Below, one piece after another: positions 30,734 to 39,205 of a stretch of DNA of 64,000 bases (position 1 is the stretch's first letter; each line of letters begins with the position of its first letter). This DNA comes from Obrimoposthia wandeli. Lineage: Eukaryota. The notes beneath the pieces were generated by a model. That model was not told the DNA's origin and did not search any database. It saw only the letters and a list, made by a program, of their open reading frames with translations. Made by a program: the position numbers and the translations under genes. The stretch is from positions 124,001 through 188,000 of the forward strand of contig CDROCS010000253.1 in NCBI GenBank assembly GCA_977020255.1, in the 5' to 3' direction.

Positions 30734-30798
30734 TTATCAACTCTAATTATCGATTTTAGTCACCCCTTTTAATGGCAATACTAACCCACGATGAACAA

Positions 30799-30829
30799 GG
30801 GCAAAGCAGTACTTACTACTGCTTTGCCC
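30799..30829. terminator. Perfect 13-bp hairpin after the receptor gene, without a U-tract
   Basis: gggcaaagcagta-cttac-tactgctttgccc. Confidence 0.45.
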
Positions 30830-30902
30830 AACTGACAATCTCTGAACTTATGATTATCTTATGGTACACTTTAGTTAACATTCTCTTCATTTTGGTCGTA
30901 AT

Positions 30903-32240
30903 TTGTTAACCAGCAACTCTGTAATTAAAAATAGCCAACTTAACACTTACTTAGTCGGTGGTGCGGTACGTGACAAGCTACTTAATCGCCCCGTCAAAGA
31001 TAAAGATTATTTAGTGGTTGGCGCCAGTGTTGAGCAAATGTTAGCCTTAGGTTACCAACAAGTTGGTAACGATTTTCCTGTTTTTTTACACCCCAAAACA
31101 AAAGCTGAATATGCCCTAGCCCGAACTGAACGTAAACAAGGTCAAGGTTATACCGGTTTTAGCTGCTACTTCGCTGCAGATGTGACTATTGAAGAAGATT
31201 TAAAACGTCGAGATTTAACCGTTAATGCCATGGCAATGGATGATAACGGTGAAATTATTGATCCCTACAATGGCCAAAACGATCTTAACGATCGTATTTT
31301 ACGTCATGTCAGTGATGCTTTTATTGAAGATCCTTTGCGTGTTCTGCGCGTAGCCCGCTTTGCCGCACGTTATCATAAATATGGTTTTACCATTGCCGAT
31401 GAAACACTTAACCTAATGCAGGAAATAAGTGCCAGTGGCGAGTTAACAAGCTTAACGCCTGAGCGTGTTTGGCAAGAAATGCAATTAAGCTTGGCTGATG
31501 GTGGTGCTAATTCTGATACTAATTCAGGTAACCCTGAAGTCTTCTTTGAAGTACTACAACAATGTAATGCCTTAGCAGAGTTATGGCCTGAATTGGCCGT
31601 TTTGTGGGGCATTCCCAACCCTGCGCTTTGGCATCCTGAAATATGTAGCGGCATACATACCATGATGGTATTACAACAAGCTGTTTTGTTAACACAAGCG
31701 ATACCTGTCGAGCAAAGTGACTATAGAACTGCAGTACGTTTTGCCGCCTTATGTCACGATTTAGGTAAAGGTGTTACTTCTGATAAGTTATGGCCTAGCC
31801 ACAAAGGACATGAAACCACAGGTTTACCCTTAGTTGATAAAATCTGTCGACAACTGAAAGTACCTTCACATTACAAGCAACTTGCTTTGAAGGTTTGTGA
31901 ATTTCATTTACATTGTCATAAAGCGTTTGAACTTAAAGCCAGTACCCTATTAAAAATGTTTGATCAGCTTGATATTTGGCGAAAACCAGCAGAATTTGAC
32001 TTATTTTTAATGGCCTGTAAATCTGACTTTTTAGGCCGTTTAGGTTTTGAAAATCGTCCCTACCCACAAGAACAGTATTTACAAGCCGCGGTAAAAGCAG
32101 CAAGAGAAGTAACAGCACAACCTTTTGTTGAACAAGGCATACAAGGTCTTGCTATAAAAGAAGCGATGGCAAAAGCAAGACTAAACGCTATTAAAAAAAT
32201 TAAAGCCGACTATGCACATTTAAATCCTACCCCGCAGTAA
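30903..32240 (+). CDS. cca: Multifunctional CCA tRNA nucleotidyltransferase with HD domain
   Basis: YLVGGAVRD..L..P.KDKD, DLKRRDLTVNAMA, EDPLRVLRVARF, HPEI, LCHDLGK. Confidence 0.97.
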   Translation: MLTSNSVIKNSQLNTYLVGGAVRDKLLNRPVKDKDYLVVGASVEQMLALGYQQVGNDFPVFLHPKTKAEYALARTERKQGQGYTGFSCYFAADVTIEEDLKRRDLTVNAMAMDDNGEIIDPYNGQNDLNDRILRHVSDAFIEDPLRVLRVARFAARYHKYGFTIADETLNLMQEISASGELTSLTPERVWQEMQLSLADGGANSDTNSGNPEVFFEVLQQCNALAELWPELAVLWGIPNPALWHPEICSGIHTMMVLQQAVLLTQAIPVEQSDYRTAVRFAALCHDLGKGVTSDKLWPSHKGHETTGLPLVDKICRQLKVPSHYKQLALKVCEFHLHCHKAFELKASTLLKMFDQLDIWRKPAEFDLFLMACKSDFLGRLGFENRPYPQEQYLQAAVKAAREVTAQPFVEQGIQGLAIKEAMAKARLNAIKKIKADYAHLNPTPQ

Positions 32241-32249
32241 ATTTTTCTA

Positions 32250-32284
32250 ATGGAGCTTAGCTAGCACTATTAGTTAAGCTCCAT
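32250..32284. terminator. Hairpin between convergent cca and the alkB-like gene
   Basis: atggagcttagcta-gcactat-tagttaagctccat. Confidence 0.6.
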
Positions 32285-32349
32285 GGACAAAACAGATAAT
32301 TCAAAGTTCAAAATACACGCGACAAAAATCATGCAGGAAAAGCTTAGCT

Positions 32350-32982
32350 TTACTTAAGTTCAGGTTTATCTATGGTTCTAAAGGTGAGGTTTATTCGTGC
32401 TTCAACTACTTTTTTCGTGGGAGGTAAGCGGTGTAACCAATGTTGCTGCGTAGTGCCTTTCATCACTAACAAGCTACCGGGCTTAAGTTGCAAGGGAATT
32501 ACTTGTTTAGAAACTTTATGTTTGAAGGCAAATTTTCGCTCCGCACCAAAGCTTAGTGAAGCAATAGCGCCCTGCTCTTTTAAATCTGTTTCACCATCAC
32601 TGTGCCATGCCATCCCTTCTGCGCCAGAGTGGTAAAGGTTTAATAGACACGAGTTATAGGTTTCATTACTTTGTTCTTCTATTAATTTTTTTAGGATTAA
32701 TAGCTCGTTAGTAAACGGCATAGAGTACCTAGTGACCCCTGAATAACTATAGGAAAAGTTTTTTCCATCAATCGTATCAGCGCACCAAGCGACTTTTCTT
32801 TTTGTTTCAATGATCTTACCTAACACGAAAGCTTGATCGCAACGCCAAGCAATAGTGTTAAATAATCGCTCAAAATAATAATCGCTATCACTCAATGGCA
32901 TAATTTCGCCATAGTAATTAACGACACCATCGCTAGGTAAAATATTAATCGGCTCATCGAGCAAAGCAGAAAATAAATCCAT
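32350..32982 (-). CDS. AlkB-like 2OG-Fe(II) dioxygenase (ALKBH2/3 type)
   Basis: NSCLLNLY, WHSD, IASLSFGAER, LLVM.G..Q..W.H, RINLTFR. Confidence 0.92.
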   Translation of the reverse strand: MDLFSALLDEPINILPSDGVVNYYGEIMPLSDSDYYFERLFNTIAWRCDQAFVLGKIIETKRKVAWCADTIDGKNFSYSYSGVTRYSMPFTNELLILKKLIEEQSNETYNSCLLNLYHSGAEGMAWHSDGETDLKEQGAIASLSFGAERKFAFKHKVSKQVIPLQLKPGSLLVMKGTTQQHWLHRLPPTKKVVEARINLTFRTIDKPELK

Positions 32983-33031
32983 GATTAGATAAAAAACCCT
33001 TAACGGTGATTAATAGTTTAGCTAATAAATT

Positions 33032-33053
33032 ATACCAATCGGACTAATTTATT
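33032..33053. repeat. Solo terminal repeat of the family-A MITE
   Basis: ataccaatcggactaatttatt is the exact 22-nt revcomp of 15144-15165. Confidence 0.65.
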
Positions 33054-33465
33054 ACCTACTGCCCCAAGGATTAGTTGGACCAGTTCTAGCAGAGCGCTCT
33101 CGGGTTTTTTCAGCTGTCTTTACGCGTATTTCTTCCGCATTCTCAAGGCTTAACTCTTTAGGTGGTCTTTGCTCTAACCCTGCTGGCACAATACGATCAC
33201 GTGGTGGTAATTCAAAGTTAGCATCATCAGCTTTAGGTAAGCTGTTATATTGATACATGAAAAAGGCTTCTACTTTTTCTTGTGCCCATGAGGTTTTTTT
33301 CAAAAACTTTAAGCTCGACTCAATACTGGCATTTTGCTTAAAGCAGTTTAGGTTCATATAGGCTGATAAAATTTCGAAACCGTAATGGTCAACTAATGTT
33401 GTTAAAACTGTTTCTAAACTTGTGCCGTGCAGTGGGTTTGTTTTGTAAATATCGGAGTTGCTCAT
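33052..33465 (-). CDS. VF530 / DUF2132 family putative DNA-binding protein
   Basis: NPLHGTSLE..L..LV.HYG.E.L.....NCF...S..SSLKFL.KT.WA.EKVE. Confidence 0.85.
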   Translation of the reverse strand: MSNSDIYKTNPLHGTSLETVLTTLVDHYGFEILSAYMNLNCFKQNASIESSLKFLKKTSWAQEKVEAFFMYQYNSLPKADDANFELPPRDRIVPAGLEQRPPKELSLENAEEIRVKTAEKTRERSARTGPTNPWGSR

Positions 33466-33667
33466 GTTTGTTCCTAACTTTTCATCACTATTCAATATTT
33501 TTATTATACCTTCTTTTGATGCATCACTACATACGGGAGCGTTAAAACAAATAAAAAAGCGGTAAGATAAGTATCACTATATCAGTGATACTTATACCCA
33601 CAGCTTTATCGTTTGTTCAATTTAAGCGCAAATATCTTTACGCTCTCATTTATAACAATATGACTAA

Positions 33668-35485
33668 CTATTGCTTAGTAACATTCACTTCAGCATCAGC
33701 ATTATCAAGTGCTAATTTATAACCAAATGAAACATGGTGATAACGTGCACTTGAATAATCGTCATGTATTGCAAAGCCAAAGTTATATACTTTACCTGCT
33801 TCAATACTAACATCACCGGCATTATCAGATTTAAGCTTACGCTTAACAACTACCGACCAAGTACCATTTTTCAGAGAAGCTTCAACACTTGCGCCCACGC
33901 CTTTATGCATATCTCGTTCTGCTAAAATCTGACCATCTTCAACTTCTTTGGTGCCTGATTTATAACGAACAACATCCATAAATTGATTAGCCGTTTGTGC
34001 CGCATCAATGTCGCTTTGATCTTTCAGTTTATCCCAACCACCGAGTGATTTACCGCCACGACCTTTAAGTTCTAACTTAGTACGCGATTCTTTCAGGTAT
34101 TTAGTAACACCTGTACCTGAACCCGTATCGAACTTAAGGCGTTTAGCTAAATCACTGCCTTTCAACGTATCAGCATCTGGTGCAAACGGCATAGTGTTAG
34201 CATCCGCATGACACGTTCCCCAACAACCTGCTCTATCTGCGTATTCAACATCATCAGTTGCTAGCATAAAGGCTAATTTCATTGGATTTTCTGGGTCCAT
34301 TTTACCGCCTTCAACAAAAGGAACAGCAGCATGTTCGCCATCAGCCCAACTGAATCTCAAATATAGGTTTTCAGCATCGTGAGTTGAATCAATAGTTACA
34401 TCAATATGACCACGTTTTCCAGGGATAACATTAGGTTCAAGTTTCTTCTCACTTTCACCTGTAACGATATTATTACCGATATCAGCTATCTCTTCACCAT
34501 GACATTCAATACAACGATCACCTTTAGTGAAGGCACGTTTACCACCGTGTCTGCGACCTAAAATCCATTCAATAGACGCAGTACCAGGATAGAAAACACC
34601 AATATCTTTTGAGCTTGCTTTGCCCCAATCAACATTAATATTACTTGTCACGGGCGCAGCGCTTGCAGATCCTTTAGACAATTTACTTGTAGTAGAGCTT
34701 GTTTTACTCGGCACTACATTAGCCAGTGCTTCTTCTACAGCCGCCGCTATTTTTTGTTCAGTTTTTGCTTTTTCAGCCATTTTTTCTTCTTTGACTTTCG
34801 CAGCAACTGCAGCTTCTTTTGCTTCAACACGTGCTAAACCATCACGATAGGCTTGTGGCACTTCACGAATATAATCAGGGTTCGGCGCTTCTAGCTTTTC
34901 TAACGCTTCATCAGAAAGTTTGTCGCGTACATTATTATGCGCAATACCTTTATGACAATCGATACAGGTTTGTCCTGTTTCAAACGCATTTAAATGTTGC
35001 TTACGTGCGCGTGGTTTTTGAAACTCAGGATTCATAGATTCAAAGTTGTGACAGTTACGACACTCTCTTGAATCAGTTGATTTCATTGCATGCCAAACAC
35101 TTTGCGCTAATTCAAATCGATGCTCATTAAATTTTTCTTTGGTATCAAGCTTACCTGTTAACCAAGAGAAAACTTCTTTTGACGCTTGAATTTTACGCAC
35201 AACTTTATGTATCCAAGGCTTAGGAACATGGCAGTCAGGACAGCCCGCTCTTACCCCAGTACGGTTAGAGAAATGTATTGATGGTTTGTACTCTTGGTAA
35301 ACGTTGTCTTTCATTTCGTGACAACCGATACAAAATTCGGTGGTATTTGTTGCTTCCATGGCAGTATTGAAACCACCCCAGAAGACGATACCCACGATAA
35401 AGAAGATAACAGCACCTGAAACGGTAGTGCCGAGTATTAATCGACGTGACCAAAAACTAGGTTTTAAAAAAGTGTTATTTGCCAT
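33668..35485 (-). CDS. nirT: NapC/NirT tetraheme quinol dehydrogenase fused to a NirB-like diheme cytochrome c domain
   Basis: N-terminal TM, then CIGCH, CPDCH, CRNCH, CIDCH; Ala/Lys/Glu linker; then CIECH and non-canonical CWGTCH; C-terminal FAIHDD.....HHVS. Adjacent to nirS. Confidence 0.85.
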   Translation of the reverse strand: MANNTFLKPSFWSRRLILGTTVSGAVIFFIVGIVFWGGFNTAMEATNTTEFCIGCHEMKDNVYQEYKPSIHFSNRTGVRAGCPDCHVPKPWIHKVVRKIQASKEVFSWLTGKLDTKEKFNEHRFELAQSVWHAMKSTDSRECRNCHNFESMNPEFQKPRARKQHLNAFETGQTCIDCHKGIAHNNVRDKLSDEALEKLEAPNPDYIREVPQAYRDGLARVEAKEAAVAAKVKEEKMAEKAKTEQKIAAAVEEALANVVPSKTSSTTSKLSKGSASAAPVTSNINVDWGKASSKDIGVFYPGTASIEWILGRRHGGKRAFTKGDRCIECHGEEIADIGNNIVTGESEKKLEPNVIPGKRGHIDVTIDSTHDAENLYLRFSWADGEHAAVPFVEGGKMDPENPMKLAFMLATDDVEYADRAGCWGTCHADANTMPFAPDADTLKGSDLAKRLKFDTGSGTGVTKYLKESRTKLELKGRGGKSLGGWDKLKDQSDIDAAQTANQFMDVVRYKSGTKEVEDGQILAERDMHKGVGASVEASLKNGTWSVVVKRKLKSDNAGDVSIEAGKVYNFGFAIHDDYSSARYHHVSFGYKLALDNADAEVNVTKQ

Positions 35486-35682
35486 AATTGACTCTTGAAT
35501 TGACTCTTAATAAGTTCAGCTCTCTTCCCTTTAACCATAAAGTTTGAGGGAAATTATTATCCATTGCCTTCCCGATTAACCTTAGCAAGGAAGTCGCAAT
35601 GCTTATAAGGCGTAGTAACCTGTGTATAAAATACGGTTACAACCCTTTCTATTTTCACTATTTATTCGTTTAAAATGAAAAT

Positions 35683-35711
35683 AAAAAGGGCACGGCATTA
35701 GCCATGCCTTT
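35683..35711 (-). terminator. Terminator-like hairpin downstream of nirS
   Basis: Minus strand aaaggcatggc-taat-gccgtgccc-ttttt. Confidence 0.6.
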
Positions 35712-35760
35712 AATTACTTAACCTTGTATTGAAGCGTTTAAAATATACACTTCGGAGTAT

Positions 35761-35866
35761 TTAACCTTACAGCTAGTTGGTTCAAATTCAAGGAGAAAGC
35801 GCGGAGTTGACGCATGTCAATGAGCACTTTCGACAACGAAGTTGAGCCAAATAGCAATAAGGTTAA
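35761..35866. repeat. ~106-bp MITE-like repeat (family B) with TTAA ends
   Basis: TIR ttaaccttacagctagttggttcaaatt / revcomp ttaaccttattgctatttggctcaactt; central TTGACGCATGTCAA. Confidence 0.8.
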
Positions 35867-35874
35867 TACTTCAA

Positions 35875-37503
35875 CTAGGTTTTGTGGTTCATACGGTTGT
35901 GCACGTTAAACTTACCTGTAGGCGTTGTTAAGCCTTTAATGCGTGCTTTCTCTTTAAGCGTTTTCGCATCATAAACTACAATTTCACCTGTTGGATTTTT
36001 CGCATCTTTACGGTTCCAAACTGAAACCCAAACCTCAGTACCGTCATCGTTGAATTCCATGTGAAGCGCAGCTTTACCTGGCTCAGTTGTTACACGGATA
36101 GTCTTAACGATTTCGTGAGTTTTCTTATCAAAAACTTGCACTGATTGTTGAACTTCAGGTTCAGGGTGCTTAAGTTGATCAGCCCAAACATATGGTGATG
36201 TTTCATGGGTACGGATAAAGACACCTGCACCATCAGTTTCAACTTCGTAACATAACTTCCATGATTGATCAGGATGACCAACAGGATCGTTACCCCAAAC
36301 AGATACAAGACCAACACCTAAGTGAGTTGTACCAGCAACAGGACCACATTTTTCATCAATCCAGTTAGCGCCTGGACCAGGATGTGGAAGTGAATCAACA
36401 TCAATCATTGCTTCTAATTTACGTTCGATAGTATCGATAACAACCATTTTGTTTGACGCATTAGCCGCAATTTGGAAGTAACGACCTGACGGGTCGAAGA
36501 AACCATCATGTAAGAATTCTGCTGAAGCCATACTGGTAATTGTTAAGTTGTCTAAATCGGTATAATCAACTTGTAACATTTGACCTGTTTCTTTAACAGC
36601 AACGATAAATGAAGATGTTAGAGGCGAAGTGTAAATAGCCGCTACACGTGCTTCATTGATGAATTCACCTTTAGTATTGTAACCACGAGTCGATACAACT
36701 TTAAGTGGATTCAACGTTACAGCATCCATAATAACGAAATGCGCAGGCCAGTAACCACCAGCAATTACGTATTTACCGTCACCAGAAACTGCAATATCAC
36801 GTGCGTCATATGCCATTTTAGTTTCAGCAACTAACATTTTTTCAGGTGTTTGCCATAAATCGATTTTGTTAACTTTACCGTCACGACCAATGGTGTACCA
36901 GAAACGGCCAACATCTTTAGCGTGTTCAACTTTATGATGCTCAGTACCCTTGATTACATGTACTGCGTAACCCGTATCGATATGAGTAACTATTTTCTTA
37001 GTATCACCATCGATAATTGCCGCAGTACCTGCATCACGTTCGATAACAACAAAGAAATTTTTCCAATTTAAACCGTGCATTGGCTTAGTTGGGTAATCCT
37101 TCGGTGCTACATATTCTTTAGTATGTGAACGCATTTGCTCTAAAGACATTTCCGGTGGAACAGGAGGCTCCATTTGAATGAACGTTGCCATGTTGGCAAT
37201 TTCTTTTTTAGTGAATAAATCATCAAAGTTGTTCATGCCGCCTTCAGTACCTAAAGAAATAATTTTCTCTAAACGCTTCTGGCCTTTTTTCAAAGTGCTT
37301 TTTGGCTCTAAGTTTTTACCTGTAGCGCCTTTACGCAAGGTACCATGACAACCAGCACAACGTTGGAAGTACTGTAATTTTGCTTTATCAAAGTCAGCTT
37401 CAGATAACGTAGGCTCTGCTGCAGATACTGTCATACTAAGACCAGTAGCAGCCATACCAATTGCAAGTCCAAGTGCTGAAAGACCATATTTCACTGTTTT
37501 CAT
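35875..37503 (-). CDS. nirS: Cytochrome cd1 nitrite reductase
   Basis: QRCAGCHG.LRKGATGK.L, TGYAVH, FLHDG, PHPGPGAN, TPTGKFNV. Confidence 0.97.
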   Translation of the reverse strand: MKTVKYGLSALGLAIGMAATGLSMTVSAAEPTLSEADFDKAKLQYFQRCAGCHGTLRKGATGKNLEPKSTLKKGQKRLEKIISLGTEGGMNNFDDLFTKKEIANMATFIQMEPPVPPEMSLEQMRSHTKEYVAPKDYPTKPMHGLNWKNFFVVIERDAGTAAIIDGDTKKIVTHIDTGYAVHVIKGTEHHKVEHAKDVGRFWYTIGRDGKVNKIDLWQTPEKMLVAETKMAYDARDIAVSGDGKYVIAGGYWPAHFVIMDAVTLNPLKVVSTRGYNTKGEFINEARVAAIYTSPLTSSFIVAVKETGQMLQVDYTDLDNLTITSMASAEFLHDGFFDPSGRYFQIAANASNKMVVIDTIERKLEAMIDVDSLPHPGPGANWIDEKCGPVAGTTHLGVGLVSVWGNDPVGHPDQSWKLCYEVETDGAGVFIRTHETSPYVWADQLKHPEPEVQQSVQVFDKKTHEIVKTIRVTTEPGKAALHMEFNDDGTEVWVSVWNRKDAKNPTGEIVVYDAKTLKEKARIKGLTTPTGKFNVHNRMNHKT

Positions 37504-37761
37504 TGGGTACTCTCCAGATTTTAAAAATTCTTTATTTATTAAAGGTGTTAAACAAGTTAAATAACCATGCTTTACCTTTGTTTAACTTTTTAATTGTTTT
37601 CATTTAGCAGATCGGAGCTATTTAGATCCAATCGACTGACATCCTGATAAAAAAGGCATCTTCAGGAAATTTGCTTACACATAATGTGTAAAACGTTGAT
37701 GCGTCATTTATGTAACTAAATATTACTATCAGCACTATCAGCTATATCCACTTTTGAAAAT

Positions 37762-37824
37762 GTGATTCAGATCAAGTTTAAAAAAAATTAACATTTAATG
37801 AATACACAAGTTGATCAAGGTCAA
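37762..37824. promoter_or_regulatory. Two FNR/DNR-type boxes in the nirS / hemerythrin divergent region
   Basis: GTGAT-TCAG-ATCAA (37762-75) and TTGAT-CAAG-GTCAA (37811-24), each 9/10 to TTGAT-N4-ATCAA. Confidence 0.75.
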
Positions 37825-37933
37825 CAAATTGCGCTTTGAATTATAAAAATACTACTTGTTCATCAGTATTAAGCGCTACTATTCAGTCAACGTTACAAAT
37901 CATTTAACCATATTTTTTTTAGGGGTATTATTC

Positions 37934-38500
37934 ATGGAGAATCGCACTAAGTCGTTTATTTATGCGGCTATCATCGGCTTAATTATTGTTGCCATATTTT
38001 TAGGATTCTTATCAAGTATGGCGAACCCCATCTCTTGGATCTTAATTGCGGTATTGGTTCTTATACCAATACTTTACAAGAAAAAGTCTAATCGAAATCA
38101 AGTAAAATGGCGTGATGACTACAGTGTCGGCATAGCACATATAGATGATGATCATAAGAAACTAATCAGCTTATTAAATAATTTCAGTATTGCCTATGAC
38201 TACGCCATGAGTGAGTCTTTTGAAAAAGAAGCATTAAACGAATTAATTAGCTATACCAAATATCATTTTGAACGTGAAGAAAAGATGATGGAAGATAATG
38301 ATTACCCTGACTTAATTGCCCATAAAGCGCAGCATAAAGTAATGATTGGACAAGTTGAAAAATTTGTCCAGCTATACAATGAACAAGGTCATGATGCCCT
38401 TGATGAAATTGCTAGCTTCTTAACTGATTGGTTAATAAATCATATCAACGGTACCGATAAACAGTATTCTGAACATTTACATAATAAAGGCATTTATTAA
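37934..38500 (+). CDS. Bacteriohemerythrin with two N-terminal transmembrane helices
   Basis: Hydrophobic N-terminus, then HIDDDHKKL, HFEREE, HKAQH, HINGTD iron-ligand pattern. Likely start ATG 37934. Confidence 0.88.
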   Translation: MENRTKSFIYAAIIGLIIVAIFLGFLSSMANPISWILIAVLVLIPILYKKKSNRNQVKWRDDYSVGIAHIDDDHKKLISLLNNFSIAYDYAMSESFEKEALNELISYTKYHFEREEKMMEDNDYPDLIAHKAQHKVMIGQVEKFVQLYNEQGHDALDEIASFLTDWLINHINGTDKQYSEHLHNKGIY

Positions 38501-38524
38501 CACTTAATCACATATTCTTCACAG

Positions 38525-38569
38525 ATAACAACAAAAAAGAGCTTCCTAGAAGCTCTTTTTTGTTGTTAT
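38525..38569. terminator. Long bidirectional terminator after the hemerythrin gene
   Basis: ataacaacaaaaaagagcttc-cta-gaagctcttttttgttgttat. Confidence 0.85.
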
Positions 38570-38601
38570 AAAAAGCGAATAATGAAGTAACTTCCTATTA
38601 G

Positions 38602-38615
38602 ATGATTTAAATCAA
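38602..38615. promoter_or_regulatory. FNR/DNR-type box upstream of the heme d1 operon
   Basis: ATGAT-TTAA-ATCAA, 9/10 match, ~100 bp before nirC. Confidence 0.7.
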
Positions 38616-38716
38616 AAAAGCCCCGCACTACCTCATCAAAGTATGATCTTTGACAAAAAACCAATCCCCTAAGCGTTATAAGGTTAAGTCAACTTAAAAA
38701 GCACAGTGGAAATGTA

Positions 38717-39088
38717 ATGAGTCCTGTAAAAACCACCTTAAGCGGCTTAGCTATCGCTACTCATTTATTAAGCCTTATCTTTGTTACAGTTGCTGTTGCA
38801 GCGAACGATGACACCAGTAAAGAAGCATTATCTCAAGTACGTAAAGATCAACTTATCCATATTGTTAAACAAGATTGCGGTTCTTGCCATGGCATGACCT
38901 TAAAAGGTGGTTTAGGTCCGGCTTTATTACCGGAAAACCTTGAAGGTAAATCGATTCATTTTTTACAACATACTATTTTATATGGCCGTCCAGGCACTGC
39001 AATGCCGCCATGGGAACCCCTATTAACCAAACAAGAAGTGTTGTGGATTTCCCAACAATTAAAAGCAGGAAAAGTAGCTAAACACTAA
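38717..39088 (+). CDS. nirC: Cytochrome c55X (heme d1 maturation)
   Basis: QDCGSCHGMTLKGGLGP.L, GRPGTAMPPW. Confidence 0.92.
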   Translation: MSPVKTTLSGLAIATHLLSLIFVTVAVAANDDTSKEALSQVRKDQLIHIVKQDCGSCHGMTLKGGLGPALLPENLEGKSIHFLQHTILYGRPGTAMPPWEPLLTKQEVLWISQQLKAGKVAKH

Positions 39089-39205
39089 ACACTGTACTCA
39101 ATAAAAAATACCTAAACTAAATAGTCAATTTTACAAACAAGATATTTTACCAAAATAACAACAAAGACTCTTAGTACCAATAAAAGCACAATGAAAGGAT
39201 AACTA

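Noticed and set aside
35486-35508. 11-bp tandem duplication AATTGACTCTT upstream of nirT
   Set aside because: Short slippage-type duplication around the RBS; no evidence of function.
37675-37691. Equating the nirS palindrome with the psp-locus operator
   Set aside because: The half-sites differ (TTACACAT versus TTGACATA); treated as a separate motif.
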